64,000 nucleotides of DNA, taken from Kribbella sp. GTDB lineage: Bacteria > Actinomycetota > Actinomycetes > Propionibacteriales > Kribbellaceae. Position numbers and translations under genes: made by a program. The notes beneath the pieces were generated by a model that was not told the DNA's origin, ran no database searches, and worked only from the letters and a program-made list of their open reading frames with translations. Every line of letters starts with the position of its first letter. Position 1 is the first letter of the stretch. Location of the stretch: the NCBI RefSeq assembly GCF_035687465.1, contig NZ_DASRXP010000631.1, positions 1,114 to 65,113 on the forward strand. Reading direction: 5' to 3'. This document shows positions 7,951-16,269 of the stretch, piece after piece.

Positions 7951-9873
7951 ATGAGAAGACATGCGGTGGGCGCGACCCTTGCGGTGTCCGCCTTAGTGGC
8001 CACGGGACTGGTGCCCGGGGCCGAGGCGGTGGGACCGGACGGCCGGAGTACCGGCGTCCAGGCGAAGGTGTGGGTGACGACGCCGGACCGGGCCGAGTTG
8101 CTGCATGAGCGTGCGCCGGTGGCCTTTGCCAAGGGCAGCAGCACGCAGACGACAATCACGGTCGACCCGAAGACGAAGTACCAGACGATGGACGGCTTCG
8201 GTGCCTCCATCACGGACTCGTCGGCAGACGTGCTCTACCAGTTGAGCCCGGTGCAGCGGGACAAGACCATGCGGTCGCTGTTCGACCCGAAGCAGGGCAT
8301 CGGGGTGAGTTTCCTCCGGCAGGTCGTCGGTTCGTCCGACTTCACCGCGGAGCCCGCGCACTACACGTACGACGACGTACCGGCCGGGCAGACCGACTTC
8401 AGCCTGAAGCACTTCAGCATCGCGCACGATCAGAAGGAGATCCTGCCGTTGCTGCGCCGGGCGAAGCAGCTCAATCCCTCGCTGAAGGTGATGGCGACCC
8501 CGTGGAGTCCGCCCGCTTGGATGAAGACCGGCGATTCCCTGGTCGGTGGGCGACTCAAGGACGACCCGGCTGTCTACAACGCCTACGCGCGCTACCTGGT
8601 GAAGTTCGTCAAGGCGTACACGGCTGCCGGCGTACCGGTCGACTTCCTGTCGGTGCAGAACGAGCCGCAGAACCGCAAGCCGAGCGGCTACCCGGGCACG
8701 GACATGCCGGTGCGCCAGCAAGCCGCGGTGATCGAGGCACTCGGCCCGATGCTGCGTGCGGCCAGCCCGCGAACGAAGATCCTCGGCTACGACCACAACT
8801 GGACCACCCATCCCGGCGACGTCGCGAGCACTCCGCCCGGCGAGGACCCGGAGACGGACTACCCGTACCAGCTGCTCAGTACTCCGGCCGCCAAGTGGAT
8901 CGCCGGTACGGCGTACCACTGCTACTCCGGCGACCCGAGTGCGCAGACCGCACTGCACCAGACCTTCCCGGAGAAGGGGATCTGGTTCACCGAGTGCTCC
9001 GGCTCGCACGGGCCGAATGACACGCCCGAGCAGATCTTCCGCGGCACGCTGACCTGGCACGCCCGCACCTTGATGCTCGGCACCACCCGCAACTGGGCGA
9101 AGTCCGTCGTGAACTGGAACATCGCGCTGGACTCCACCGGCGGTCCGCACAACGGCGGCTGCGACACCTGCACCGGGCTGGTCACGCTGCAGACCGACGG
9201 CAGCGTCACCACGGATGCGGAGTACTACACGATCGGGCACCTGTCGAAGTTCGTGAAGCCGGGCGCGGTGCGGATCGGCAGTACGTCGTACGGCACGACC
9301 GGGTGGAACGGCCAACTCATGTCGGCCGCCTTCCGTAACCCGGACGGCTCCACCGCGCTGTTGGTGCACAACGAGAACGACGAGCCGCGGAGCTTCGCGG
9401 TGGCGGTCGGCGACCAGTCCTTCGAGTACACGTTGCCCGGCGGTTCAATCGCGACCTACGTCTGGTCGCGGTCGCTGGACAGCCTGCAGCCGGTCTCACT
9501 GGCCGGTGCCACGGCAACGGCCTCGACTGCAGCAGACACTGCGGCATTGGCGATCGATGCCGACGGTTCGACGCTGTGGACGACCAAGCAGGCCCAGGCC
9601 GCCGGTCAGTACCTGCAGGTGGACCTCGGGACCGCGCGCTGGTTCCGGCGGGTCGCTCTCGACAGTGGCGGCAACCTCGGCGACTACGCGGCCTCGTGGC
9701 AACTCGCGTACAGCAACGACGGCACCACGTGGCGACCGCTGACCAGCGGGACCTCCAAGGGCCAACTCACGAACGTAGACGTCGCTCCTACCCGGGCCCG
9801 CTACGTCCGCATCACCTCCACCGGGGCCAGCGACCACTGGTGGACGCTCGCCGATCTACGCCTTTACAGCTGA
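7951..9873 (+). CDS. Secreted glycoside hydrolase family 30 (glucosylceramidase/beta-1,6-glycanase-like) with a C-terminal discoidin (F5/8 type C, CBM32-like) domain
   Basis: Signal peptide MRRHAVGATLAVSALVATGLVPGAEA. GH30 motifs DGFGASITDSSA and FLSVQNEPQ. The C-terminal ~140 aa (DGSTLWTT...QYLQVDLG...WRP...RYVRI) is discoidin-like. Confidence 0.85.
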   Translation: MRRHAVGATLAVSALVATGLVPGAEAVGPDGRSTGVQAKVWVTTPDRAELLHERAPVAFAKGSSTQTTITVDPKTKYQTMDGFGASITDSSADVLYQLSPVQRDKTMRSLFDPKQGIGVSFLRQVVGSSDFTAEPAHYTYDDVPAGQTDFSLKHFSIAHDQKEILPLLRRAKQLNPSLKVMATPWSPPAWMKTGDSLVGGRLKDDPAVYNAYARYLVKFVKAYTAAGVPVDFLSVQNEPQNRKPSGYPGTDMPVRQQAAVIEALGPMLRAASPRTKILGYDHNWTTHPGDVASTPPGEDPETDYPYQLLSTPAAKWIAGTAYHCYSGDPSAQTALHQTFPEKGIWFTECSGSHGPNDTPEQIFRGTLTWHARTLMLGTTRNWAKSVVNWNIALDSTGGPHNGGCDTCTGLVTLQTDGSVTTDAEYYTIGHLSKFVKPGAVRIGSTSYGTTGWNGQLMSAAFRNPDGSTALLVHNENDEPRSFAVAVGDQSFEYTLPGGSIATYVWSRSLDSLQPVSLAGATATASTAADTAALAIDADGSTLWTTKQAQAAGQYLQVDLGTARWFRRVALDSGGNLGDYAASWQLAYSNDGTTWRPLTSGTSKGQLTNVDVAPTRARYVRITSTGASDHWWTLADLRLYS

Positions 9874-11136
9874 CTCGATCCAGGCCGCCGCTGCGGCGGC
9901 GGCCTGGTTGTCAACGGCAAGGATCTGCAGTCCTACGGGCAGGCCCGTGGTCGGCAGCGGCACGGTGAAAGCGGGATGCCCGGTCAGGTTGGCGAGGCGT
10001 GTGTTCTTGAGCAACTGCGCCCGTACTGCGCCCGCTCCGGCCGGGTCCACTACCGCTGCGATAGGTGGAGCCACAGTAAGGACTGTCGGCAGCAGTACTG
10101 CGTCCACCTGGTTGAGCAGGTCGCCAACGGTCGCCGTGATCCCGGCTACTGCCTGCCGAGCCTTCACATAGCGCCAACCCGGTACGTCCGCCGCCTCCCG
10201 CAACCTCATCTGGACGTCGGGTTGGTAGGCGAAGGTGTCTCGCCCGGCATGGACCGCGGCTGCCTCGGGTCCCTGCAAGTCGATCGCCGTCTGGTTGGAC
10301 GTGGCCCAGTCCGGAAGCTCCACGTCGACCAGGTCGGCCCCGGACGCCTCCAGCCGGGCCAGAGCCGCGGACCAGACTTGGCCTACTTCTGCGGAGTAGT
10401 CGAGATGCTCCGCATTGACGACTACGCCCAGCCGCGGCGGCGTAGTACGGGCTGGTGCTGGTTCGCCGCCGGAGAGGGCATTGACTGCGTAGAGAGCGTC
10501 GGCGACGGAGGTGGTGAGTACGCCGACGCGGTCCAGGCTCTGTGCCAGTGGGAAGACGCCGTCGGTGGACAGGGTGTCCCGGGTGGGCATGTAGCCGACT
10601 GCGCCGCACAGTGCTGCGGGGATGCGGACAGAGCCGGCCGTGTCCGTGCCGATCGCCAGTGGAACCACGCCACCGCCCACAGCCGCTCCGGCACCTGCGC
10701 TGGAACCACCGGTCAGCCTGGAAGGGTCGTGCGGGTTCCGGCACGGCCCGACCCGGTTGGACGTGCCGGTGCATCCGTAGGCGAACTCGTGGCTGTGGCT
10801 GAGGCCGATGATCACCGCGCCGGCTTCTCTCAGCCGGCGGACGACCTCCGCGTCGCAGGTCGCGATCCCGTCCATCGACGCGGAGCCGCAGCGGTACGGC
10901 AGACCTTCGACCTCGATGATCTCCTTCACCAGTACGGGGATGCCCGCCAGCGCACCTTGCTTGGAGGAACGCAGGTGCCGGGCCACGCGGCGAGCACCCT
11001 CGACGTCCAGGTGGACGACGGCGTTCAGCTCGGCCGTCTCCTCGGCCCGTCGCAAGGCCTGCTCGACCAGGTCGACCGGATCCAGCTCACCCGCACGGAC
11101 AGCCGCCGCGATCTCCTCCAGAGACTTCACCGACAC
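9856..11136 (-). CDS. Amidase (amidase-signature family)
   Basis: GGSSAGAGAAV signature, GTDTAGSVRIPA and GIPVLVKE. The ORF extends to 11316, but a GTG at 11136 or 11130 (VSVKSLEEIAAAV) is the more plausible start. Confidence 0.85.
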   Translation of the reverse strand: MSVKSLEEIAAAVRAGELDPVDLVEQALRRAEETAELNAVVHLDVEGARRVARHLRSSKQGALAGIPVLVKEIIEVEGLPYRCGSASMDGIATCDAEVVRRLREAGAVIIGLSHSHEFAYGCTGTSNRVGPCRNPHDPSRLTGGSSAGAGAAVGGGVVPLAIGTDTAGSVRIPAALCGAVGYMPTRDTLSTDGVFPLAQSLDRVGVLTTSVADALYAVNALSGGEPAPARTTPPRLGVVVNAEHLDYSAEVGQVWSAALARLEASGADLVDVELPDWATSNQTAIDLQGPEAAAVHAGRDTFAYQPDVQMRLREAADVPGWRYVKARQAVAGITATVGDLLNQVDAVLLPTVLTVAPPIAAVVDPAGAGAVRAQLLKNTRLANLTGHPAFTVPLPTTGLPVGLQILAVDNQAAAAAAAWIESAVKA

Positions 11137-11266
11137 ATCAGAGCACGTCGAGTGTGGAGACCTCAGCGCGACCTGTCTGAGACACCGGGTAGACCTCACT
11201 GTCCCCCGGAAACCCGGAGAGGAAAGCGAAACAGCAGCGTCACCGCCGATTGCTAACGTCCGCACC

Positions 11267-11734
11267 ATGACCGATGGGGTGGAAGTGATGGAGGGTGTCG
11301 AGCTCCGGCCGGCCACCCGGACCGACCCGGCCGTCGTCGCACTGACGACCGCCCAGCAGGCCGAACTGGCCGCGATCTACGGCGACGACCAGCCGCTGGT
11401 CACCCTGCACCCCGACATCGAGTTCATCGTCCTGCTCGTCGACGGCACCCCCACCGGCTGCGTCGGCCTGCAACCGATCAGCGCAGGCCTGGGCGAGATC
11501 AAGCGCATGTACGTCGAACCGTCCTCCCGCGGCTGGGGCCTGTCCCGCCTACTCCTCACCTCGGTGGAATCCCAAGCCCTCACCCAAGGCCTAACCACCC
11601 TCCGCCTTGAAACCGGCACCCAGCAACACCAGGCTCTCGCCCTCTACACCCGCCACGGCTACACCCCCATCCCGCCCTACCCGCCCTTCGAAACCGAACC
11701 CGCCTCCCGCTGCTTCGCGAAGGAACTGGACTAG
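11267..11734 (+). CDS. GNAT family N-acetyltransferase
   Basis: C-terminal in-frame part of ORF 10808..11734, starting at ATG 11267. The acetyl-CoA motif is RMYVEPSSRGWGLSRLLL, followed by YTRHGY. Confidence 0.85.
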   Translation: MTDGVEVMEGVELRPATRTDPAVVALTTAQQAELAAIYGDDQPLVTLHPDIEFIVLLVDGTPTGCVGLQPISAGLGEIKRMYVEPSSRGWGLSRLLLTSVESQALTQGLTTLRLETGTQQHQALALYTRHGYTPIPPYPPFETEPASRCFAKELD

Positions 11735-11735
11735 C

Positions 11736-13163
11736 TCATCCGTAGAGCTGCTCGAGTCCTATGGTGAGGACGGCCGGATCGATGTCCGGCGCGAAACCCG
11801 CTCCGCTGTAGCAAGCGAGCACGGTGTCGCTGGTGTCGTAGTCGTGGGCCAAGATCTCCTTGGCCCGGCGCAGACGATCGACATGCCTCTGATCCATCAC
11901 GTCGCCCCACTTCGCCTCCCCCAGCGAGAGAATCCTCCGCCGCTCACCGGGAACTGCCGCCGCAAGCACGACCATGTCGATCTCGATCTGCCCGCGCCGC
12001 GTGCGGTCCGACACCACACCCGCGCCGATCTCGCCTGGAAGCTCGCCGAACAGCGCCGGTGGAGCAAGCATCGCGAAGTCCCGGCACACCTGCTCGAAGT
12101 GCGGCCCTGCCACCTGGGCGGAGAACCGCGACCTGGCCGCCTCCCACACGTTCTGAGCGCGGCCACTCTCGAGCAGACCCCATTGCGGGCGCATCACCAC
12201 CTGATAGAAGACGACCAGCGGCTCGGCCACTTGATAGACGGATCTCCCCGGCCGGAACACATCCTGTTGCCGTCGCAACAAGCCACTGTCCTCGAGGACA
12301 ACCAGATGATGGCCGATGTCCGTGGCCTTGCGGCCGATGTAGTTCGCGATCCCGCCACGCGTGCTGTTGCCGTTGGCAACGGCTGCCAGGACGGAGTGGT
12401 AGAGCGCGGCGTCCCTGACCTCCATCTCCTCCTCGAGCAGGTAACGCGCCTCCCGGAAGAGAGGACTGGCCGGACTCAGCACCGTTCTCAGCAACCAGTC
12501 GTCGAACCGGTCGACCGAGTCGGGGCCGTCACCATTCACGAACCCTCGGTAGGCCGGCGTCCCGCCAACCACGGAGTGCAGTAGTACGGCCAGCTTGGGA
12601 TCCTCTACCTCCCAGAACTCGCGCGCCAGCCGATAGTCGAACGGCTTGACGACCAACTCGAGAGTCGCACGACCGCGAAGGGGAGCGGTGCCTGACAACA
12701 GCCCGCCCATCACCGACATCACAGATCCGCAGAGCAGTAGCTTGACATCCTGACCTGCGGTGGCCGCCCGATCGATCTCCCGCTGGAAGATTGAAGGCAG
12801 AGCCGGTGACACCTTGCTGAGGTAGGGAAACTCATCGATCACCAGCGGACCCGCTGAGCCGGGCAGGGCGAAGAGGTATCTGACGGCCTCGTCCCAACTG
12901 TCGAATCGTAGCGGTGACGGCGTCCCGATATGCGTACTCAGAGCGGCCGCGAACAACGCGAGCGACTCGGTCTCCATGGCCTCCGTCGCACCGAAGTAGA
13001 GGCCATTGAACTGCTCTGCGAGCGACTCGACCAGGTAGGTCTTCCCTTGCCGCCGTCTGCCGCTGATCACGCCCAGCTGAGGTCGCCCGTGTGATCCCGC
13101 TGCGAATCTGGACAGGTGACCCCACTCAGCGTCTCTGGCAAAGATCCGCTCTGGTTTCTCCAT
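11736..13163 (-). CDS. ATP-binding protein (archaeal-type AAA ATPase with a DUF234-like C-terminal domain)
   Basis: Walker A GRRRQGKTYL and Walker B LVIDEFPYL. The tracked start at 13199 (MYKYVYYKYSYN) reads through AT-rich non-coding DNA, so ATG 13163 (MEKPERIF) was chosen. Codon usage is atypical, including several AGA, AAA and TTT codons. Confidence 0.75.
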   Translation of the reverse strand: MEKPERIFARDAEWGHLSRFAAGSHGRPQLGVISGRRRQGKTYLVESLAEQFNGLYFGATEAMETESLALFAAALSTHIGTPSPLRFDSWDEAVRYLFALPGSAGPLVIDEFPYLSKVSPALPSIFQREIDRAATAGQDVKLLLCGSVMSVMGGLLSGTAPLRGRATLELVVKPFDYRLAREFWEVEDPKLAVLLHSVVGGTPAYRGFVNGDGPDSVDRFDDWLLRTVLSPASPLFREARYLLEEEMEVRDAALYHSVLAAVANGNSTRGGIANYIGRKATDIGHHLVVLEDSGLLRRQQDVFRPGRSVYQVAEPLVVFYQVVMRPQWGLLESGRAQNVWEAARSRFSAQVAGPHFEQVCRDFAMLAPPALFGELPGEIGAGVVSDRTRRGQIEIDMVVLAAAVPGERRRILSLGEAKWGDVMDQRHVDRLRRAKEILAHDYDTSDTVLACYSGAGFAPDIDPAVLTIGLEQLYG

Positions 13164-13207
13164 GTTATAACTGTACTTATAATAAACGTACTTATACAAT
13201 TGCGCGT
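13164..13207 (-). promoter_or_regulatory. AT-rich spacer / candidate promoter of the ATPase gene
   Basis: 44-bp stretch. On the minus strand it reads TGAACGCGCAATTGTATAAGTACGTTTATTATAAGTACAGTTATAAC, followed by the ATG. It contains a tandem TATAAGTAC x2 and -10-like TATAAG/TATAAC elements in an otherwise high-GC context. Confidence 0.45.
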
Positions 13208-13822
13208 TCAGGCCAGGTCGAGGACGAGGTCCTGGCCGTCGCGGTGGAAGCCGACCTTGGTGAGGTAGGAGGCTGAGTCGCGCATTCGGCGGGGTGCCAC
13301 GACCTGGCGGAAGCCGTGGTCGGTGAAGACGTCGCTACGGCGGAAGACGAACTCGCCGGGGGTGAAGTCCCGATACTTCGGCAGCACGTAGTCCAGGTCG
13401 ATCTGGGCCCGCCCGTCACCGGCGTCGTGGGCTAGGACCACCCCGACTGTGCGGTCGCCCAACTGGACCAGGAACGCGTACGAGCTCCGCGCCGGGGTGT
13501 AGTCGGGGTTGAAGCTGCTGATGTCCTTCAGGTGCGACGACAACACGTACCCGAGATAGGCGTCGGTCGGGTTGACCTCCAGGACGGCGTACTCCGCGTC
13601 GTCGTGGCGGTGCCGGAGCAACCGGTAGAGGTGCACCACGTTGATCACCGCGAGCACGGCGTTCATGCCGACCATCGGCCAGACCTCGATCGCCAGGTTG
13701 AAGCCGACCAGGACCACGCAACCGATCAGGTTCAGCAGCCGCAACCGCAGGATCCGGGTCTGCAGCAACGACACCACGACCAGCGCCGACCCGCCCCACC
13801 CGATGATGCTCCAGATATCCAC
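13208..13822 (-). CDS. Hypothetical membrane protein (YgjV-like N-terminal TM region plus a soluble C-terminal domain)
   Basis: Three predicted TM helices in the first ~80 aa (IIGWGGSALVVVSLL, LIGCVVLVGFNLAI, MNAVLAVINVV), followed by a ~120-aa globular domain. No firm family assignment. Confidence 0.6.
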   Translation of the reverse strand: MDIWSIIGWGGSALVVVSLLQTRILRLRLLNLIGCVVLVGFNLAIEVWPMVGMNAVLAVINVVHLYRLLRHRHDDAEYAVLEVNPTDAYLGYVLSSHLKDISSFNPDYTPARSSYAFLVQLGDRTVGVVLAHDAGDGRAQIDLDYVLPKYRDFTPGEFVFRRSDVFTDHGFRQVVAPRRMRDSASYLTKVGFHRDGQDLVLDLA

Positions 13823-13919
13823 GCCGCGAGACTAGACCAGCCAGGCGAGTGGACTGATCCGTTCAGACGCGGGATGTGAGGCGATTGACCAGGCGCCGGC
13901 TTGCCACCTGATGCCGAAA

Positions 13920-14705
13920 TCAGCCGTCGCCACCGCCACCGCCACCGCCGTCCCCGCCGCCGAAATCACCGCCACCACCGAAGTCACCCCCTCCGCCGGA
14001 GTCGAACCCATCGCCCCCGCCACCTGCGGACCAATCGCCCCAGCCGCCGATCACGCCGGCCTGGCTCTCGAAGGCGGCCATCGCGATGTAGGTGGCGCCC
14101 ACGCCGCTCGCGAAGTACCCCGCCCCGTACGGCGCGACCGCTGCACCCGCCTCCCAGTAGGGCACCCGGCGCCCGGAGTACCGGACATAGCGAACCTCTG
14201 GCTCCTCGTGCGCCTTCAACCGGGCGGCATCCTGAGCGCAAGCCGGCACTGTCCGGGTGCCGTGCGCGGGTTGGGTCCACAGCACGTCGGTGGTGGACGG
14301 TCCGTGCTGCGGGTTGAAGAAGCAGGGCACCCGCCGCTCCGGTACCGCATCGCCGGCCACCCGGGCCCGGACGCAGACGATCGCGTACCGGCCGGTCGCC
14401 AGCGTGTCGGTGACAGTACTGATCGCCTCGGCCTTGGTGATCCCGCGGACCGAGCGCTGGGCCGACTCATACGCATCCAGCCCGCGCTGATAGTCGAGCC
14501 GCGCATCGGCATCCAGGGTGCGGCCGTCGACCAGTTCCCCCAGCCGGCTGAGCTCCTCGCCGAGCAGTGTGACGTCCTCGTCCGCCAGCCGCCTGATCTG
14601 CTCGAGCTCCCCGGCATCCGCCCGCCTGGCCGCACGCCGGTCCCACAGGAACCGCCCGGCCAGCGCCACCCCACCCCCACCCAGCACCGCCACCAACCAC
14701 AACAT
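13920..14705 (-). CDS. Hypothetical single-pass membrane protein with a Gly/Asp-rich C-terminal tail
   Basis: N-terminal TM MLWLVAVLGGGGVALAG, then a helical region, a Cys-containing core and the tail GGGGDGFDSGGGGDFGGGGDFGGGDGGGGGGGDG. Confidence 0.6.
   Translation of the reverse strand: MLWLVAVLGGGGVALAGRFLWDRRAARRADAGELEQIRRLADEDVTLLGEELSRLGELVDGRTLDADARLDYQRGLDAYESAQRSVRGITKAEAISTVTDTLATGRYAIVCVRARVAGDAVPERRVPCFFNPQHGPSTTDVLWTQPAHGTRTVPACAQDAARLKAHEEPEVRYVRYSGRRVPYWEAGAAVAPYGAGYFASGVGATYIAMAAFESQAGVIGGWGDWSAGGGGDGFDSGGGGDFGGGGDFGGGDGGGGGGGDG
13923..14045. repeat. Low-complexity CACCGC/GCCACC-type repeat tract encoding the Gly/Asp tail
   Basis: The plus strand reads gccgtcgccaccgccaccgccaccgccgtccccgccgccgaaatcaccgccaccaccgaagtcacc... 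Confidence 0.7.
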
Positions 14706-14784
14706 CTACCGACGGTACCGCCGAAAGTTCCCCCTGAGGAGCGCCCATCACCGACCGATGTTCACCCCGCTGCCACGCCGTGAA

Positions 14785-16245
14785 TCAGGAGCGCGAGGAC
14801 CACCAGGTGAGGAGTTCTTGGCGGGCTCGGGCTTCGCCTAGGGGGCCGTGGTCCATGCGGAGTTCCATCAGGAACTTGTAGGCCTCGCCGACGTCGCGGC
14901 CGGGGCCGATGCCGAGGATTTCCATGATCTGGTTGCCGTCCAGGTCCGGGCGGATCGAGTCCAGTTCCTCTTGTTCCTGCAGGCGCGCGATCCGCGTTTC
15001 CAGATCGTCGTACGCCGACCGCAGTGCTTCTGCCTTGCGTCGGTTCCGCGTGGTGCTGTCCGCTCTGGTGAGGACGTGCAGCCGGCCGAGGAGCTCGCCG
15101 GCGTCGCGGACGTACCGGCGTACGGCGGAGTCGGTCCACTCACCGGTTCCGTAGCCGTGGAAGCGCAGGTGGAGCTCGACCAGCTTGCTCACCTGGTCGA
15201 TCTGCTCGTTGCTGAACCGCAACGCCTTCATCCGCTTGCGGGTGAGCTTGGCGCCGACCATGTCGTGATGGTGGAACGTCACCTTGCCGTCACCCTCGAA
15301 CTTCCGGGTCTTCGGCTTGCCGATGTCGTGGATCAGCGCGGCGAACCGCACCACGAAGTCGGGCACCGGGACGCCGAGGCGTGGTTCCAGGTCGATCGCC
15401 TGCTCGAGCACGGTCAGCGAGTGCTCGTACACGTCCTTGTGCCGGTGGTGTTCGTCCAGTTCGAGCCGCAGCGCGGGCAATTCAGGCAGCACGTACTCGG
15501 CCAGGCCGGTGGAGACCAGCAGGTCGAGCCCGGTCCTCGGGTGGTCCGAGCAGACCAGCTTGATCAGTTCGTCGCGGACCCGCTCGGGGGACACGATCGT
15601 GATCCGCTCGGCCATCGCCGTCATCGCCGCCACCACGGCCGGGTCCGGGGTGAAGCCCAGCTGGGCGGCGAACCGGGCCGCCCGCATCATCCGCAGCGGG
15701 TCGTCGGAGAACGAGTCCTCGGGCGATCCCGGCGTCCGGATCACCTTGTTCGCGACGTCCGCCCGCCCGCCGAACGGGTCGACGAAGGTGTGCGACGGCA
15801 GCAGTACCGCCATCGCGTTCATCGCGAAGTCGCGCCGGGCCAGATCCCCCTCGAGGCTGTCGCCGTACTCGACCGCGGGCTTGCGTGAGGTGGAATCGTA
15901 GGACTCTGACCGATAGGTGGTGATCTCCAGAACCCAATCGCCCTTACGGCACCCGATGGTGCCGAAGGCCTTGCCGATGTCCCAGACGTGGTCGGCCCAG
16001 CCGGCCAGCAGTCGCTCGACGGCGTCGGGACGGGCCGAGGTGGCGAAGTCGAGATCCTTGCTCCCCCGGTCGAGGAGAATGTCCCGGACAGGACCTCCGA
16101 CCAGCGCGATCTCGTGCCCGGCGGCATCGAAGCGGGCACCGAGCTCATCGACCACCGGCGCGATCTCTAGCAACGACTGGACACCTTTCCGCTGTACCGC
16201 GGACAACGATCCAGGGGAGGCCGAGCGGTCAGGAGTAGAAGACAC
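14785..16245 (-). CDS. cca: CCA tRNA nucleotidyltransferase / poly(A) polymerase family (PcnA-like) with an HD domain
   Basis: Motifs GGPVRDILLD and RDFAMNA, plus an HD region (HHRHKDVYEHSL, LIHDIGK). Its position next to the murJ/sigM/trxB block matches M. tuberculosis Rv3907c. Confidence 0.9.
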   Translation of the reverse strand: MSSTPDRSASPGSLSAVQRKGVQSLLEIAPVVDELGARFDAAGHEIALVGGPVRDILLDRGSKDLDFATSARPDAVERLLAGWADHVWDIGKAFGTIGCRKGDWVLEITTYRSESYDSTSRKPAVEYGDSLEGDLARRDFAMNAMAVLLPSHTFVDPFGGRADVANKVIRTPGSPEDSFSDDPLRMMRAARFAAQLGFTPDPAVVAAMTAMAERITIVSPERVRDELIKLVCSDHPRTGLDLLVSTGLAEYVLPELPALRLELDEHHRHKDVYEHSLTVLEQAIDLEPRLGVPVPDFVVRFAALIHDIGKPKTRKFEGDGKVTFHHHDMVGAKLTRKRMKALRFSNEQIDQVSKLVELHLRFHGYGTGEWTDSAVRRYVRDAGELLGRLHVLTRADSTTRNRRKAEALRSAYDDLETRIARLQEQEELDSIRPDLDGNQIMEILGIGPGRDVGEAYKFLMELRMDHGPLGEARARQELLTWWSSRS

Positions 16246-16269
16246 AGGACACTAGGTTACGGTGACGGC

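Noticed and set aside
11137-11316. N-terminal extension of the amidase ORF
   Set aside because: It would overlap the divergent GNAT start region. The extra residues are Ser/Thr/Arg-rich with no amidase homology, and GTG starts at 11136/11130 fit the family N-terminus.
13164-13199. MYKYVYYKYSYN N-terminal extension of the ATPase
   Set aside because: It is a translation of the AT-rich spacer, with Tyr/Lys codons from TA-rich DNA. The ATG at 13163 begins the conserved part.
13923-14045. Possible CRISPR or minisatellite because of the CACCGC periodicity
   Set aside because: It has no spacer-repeat organisation. It is in-frame low-complexity coding DNA for a Gly/Asp tail. No CRISPR-like array was seen anywhere in the window.
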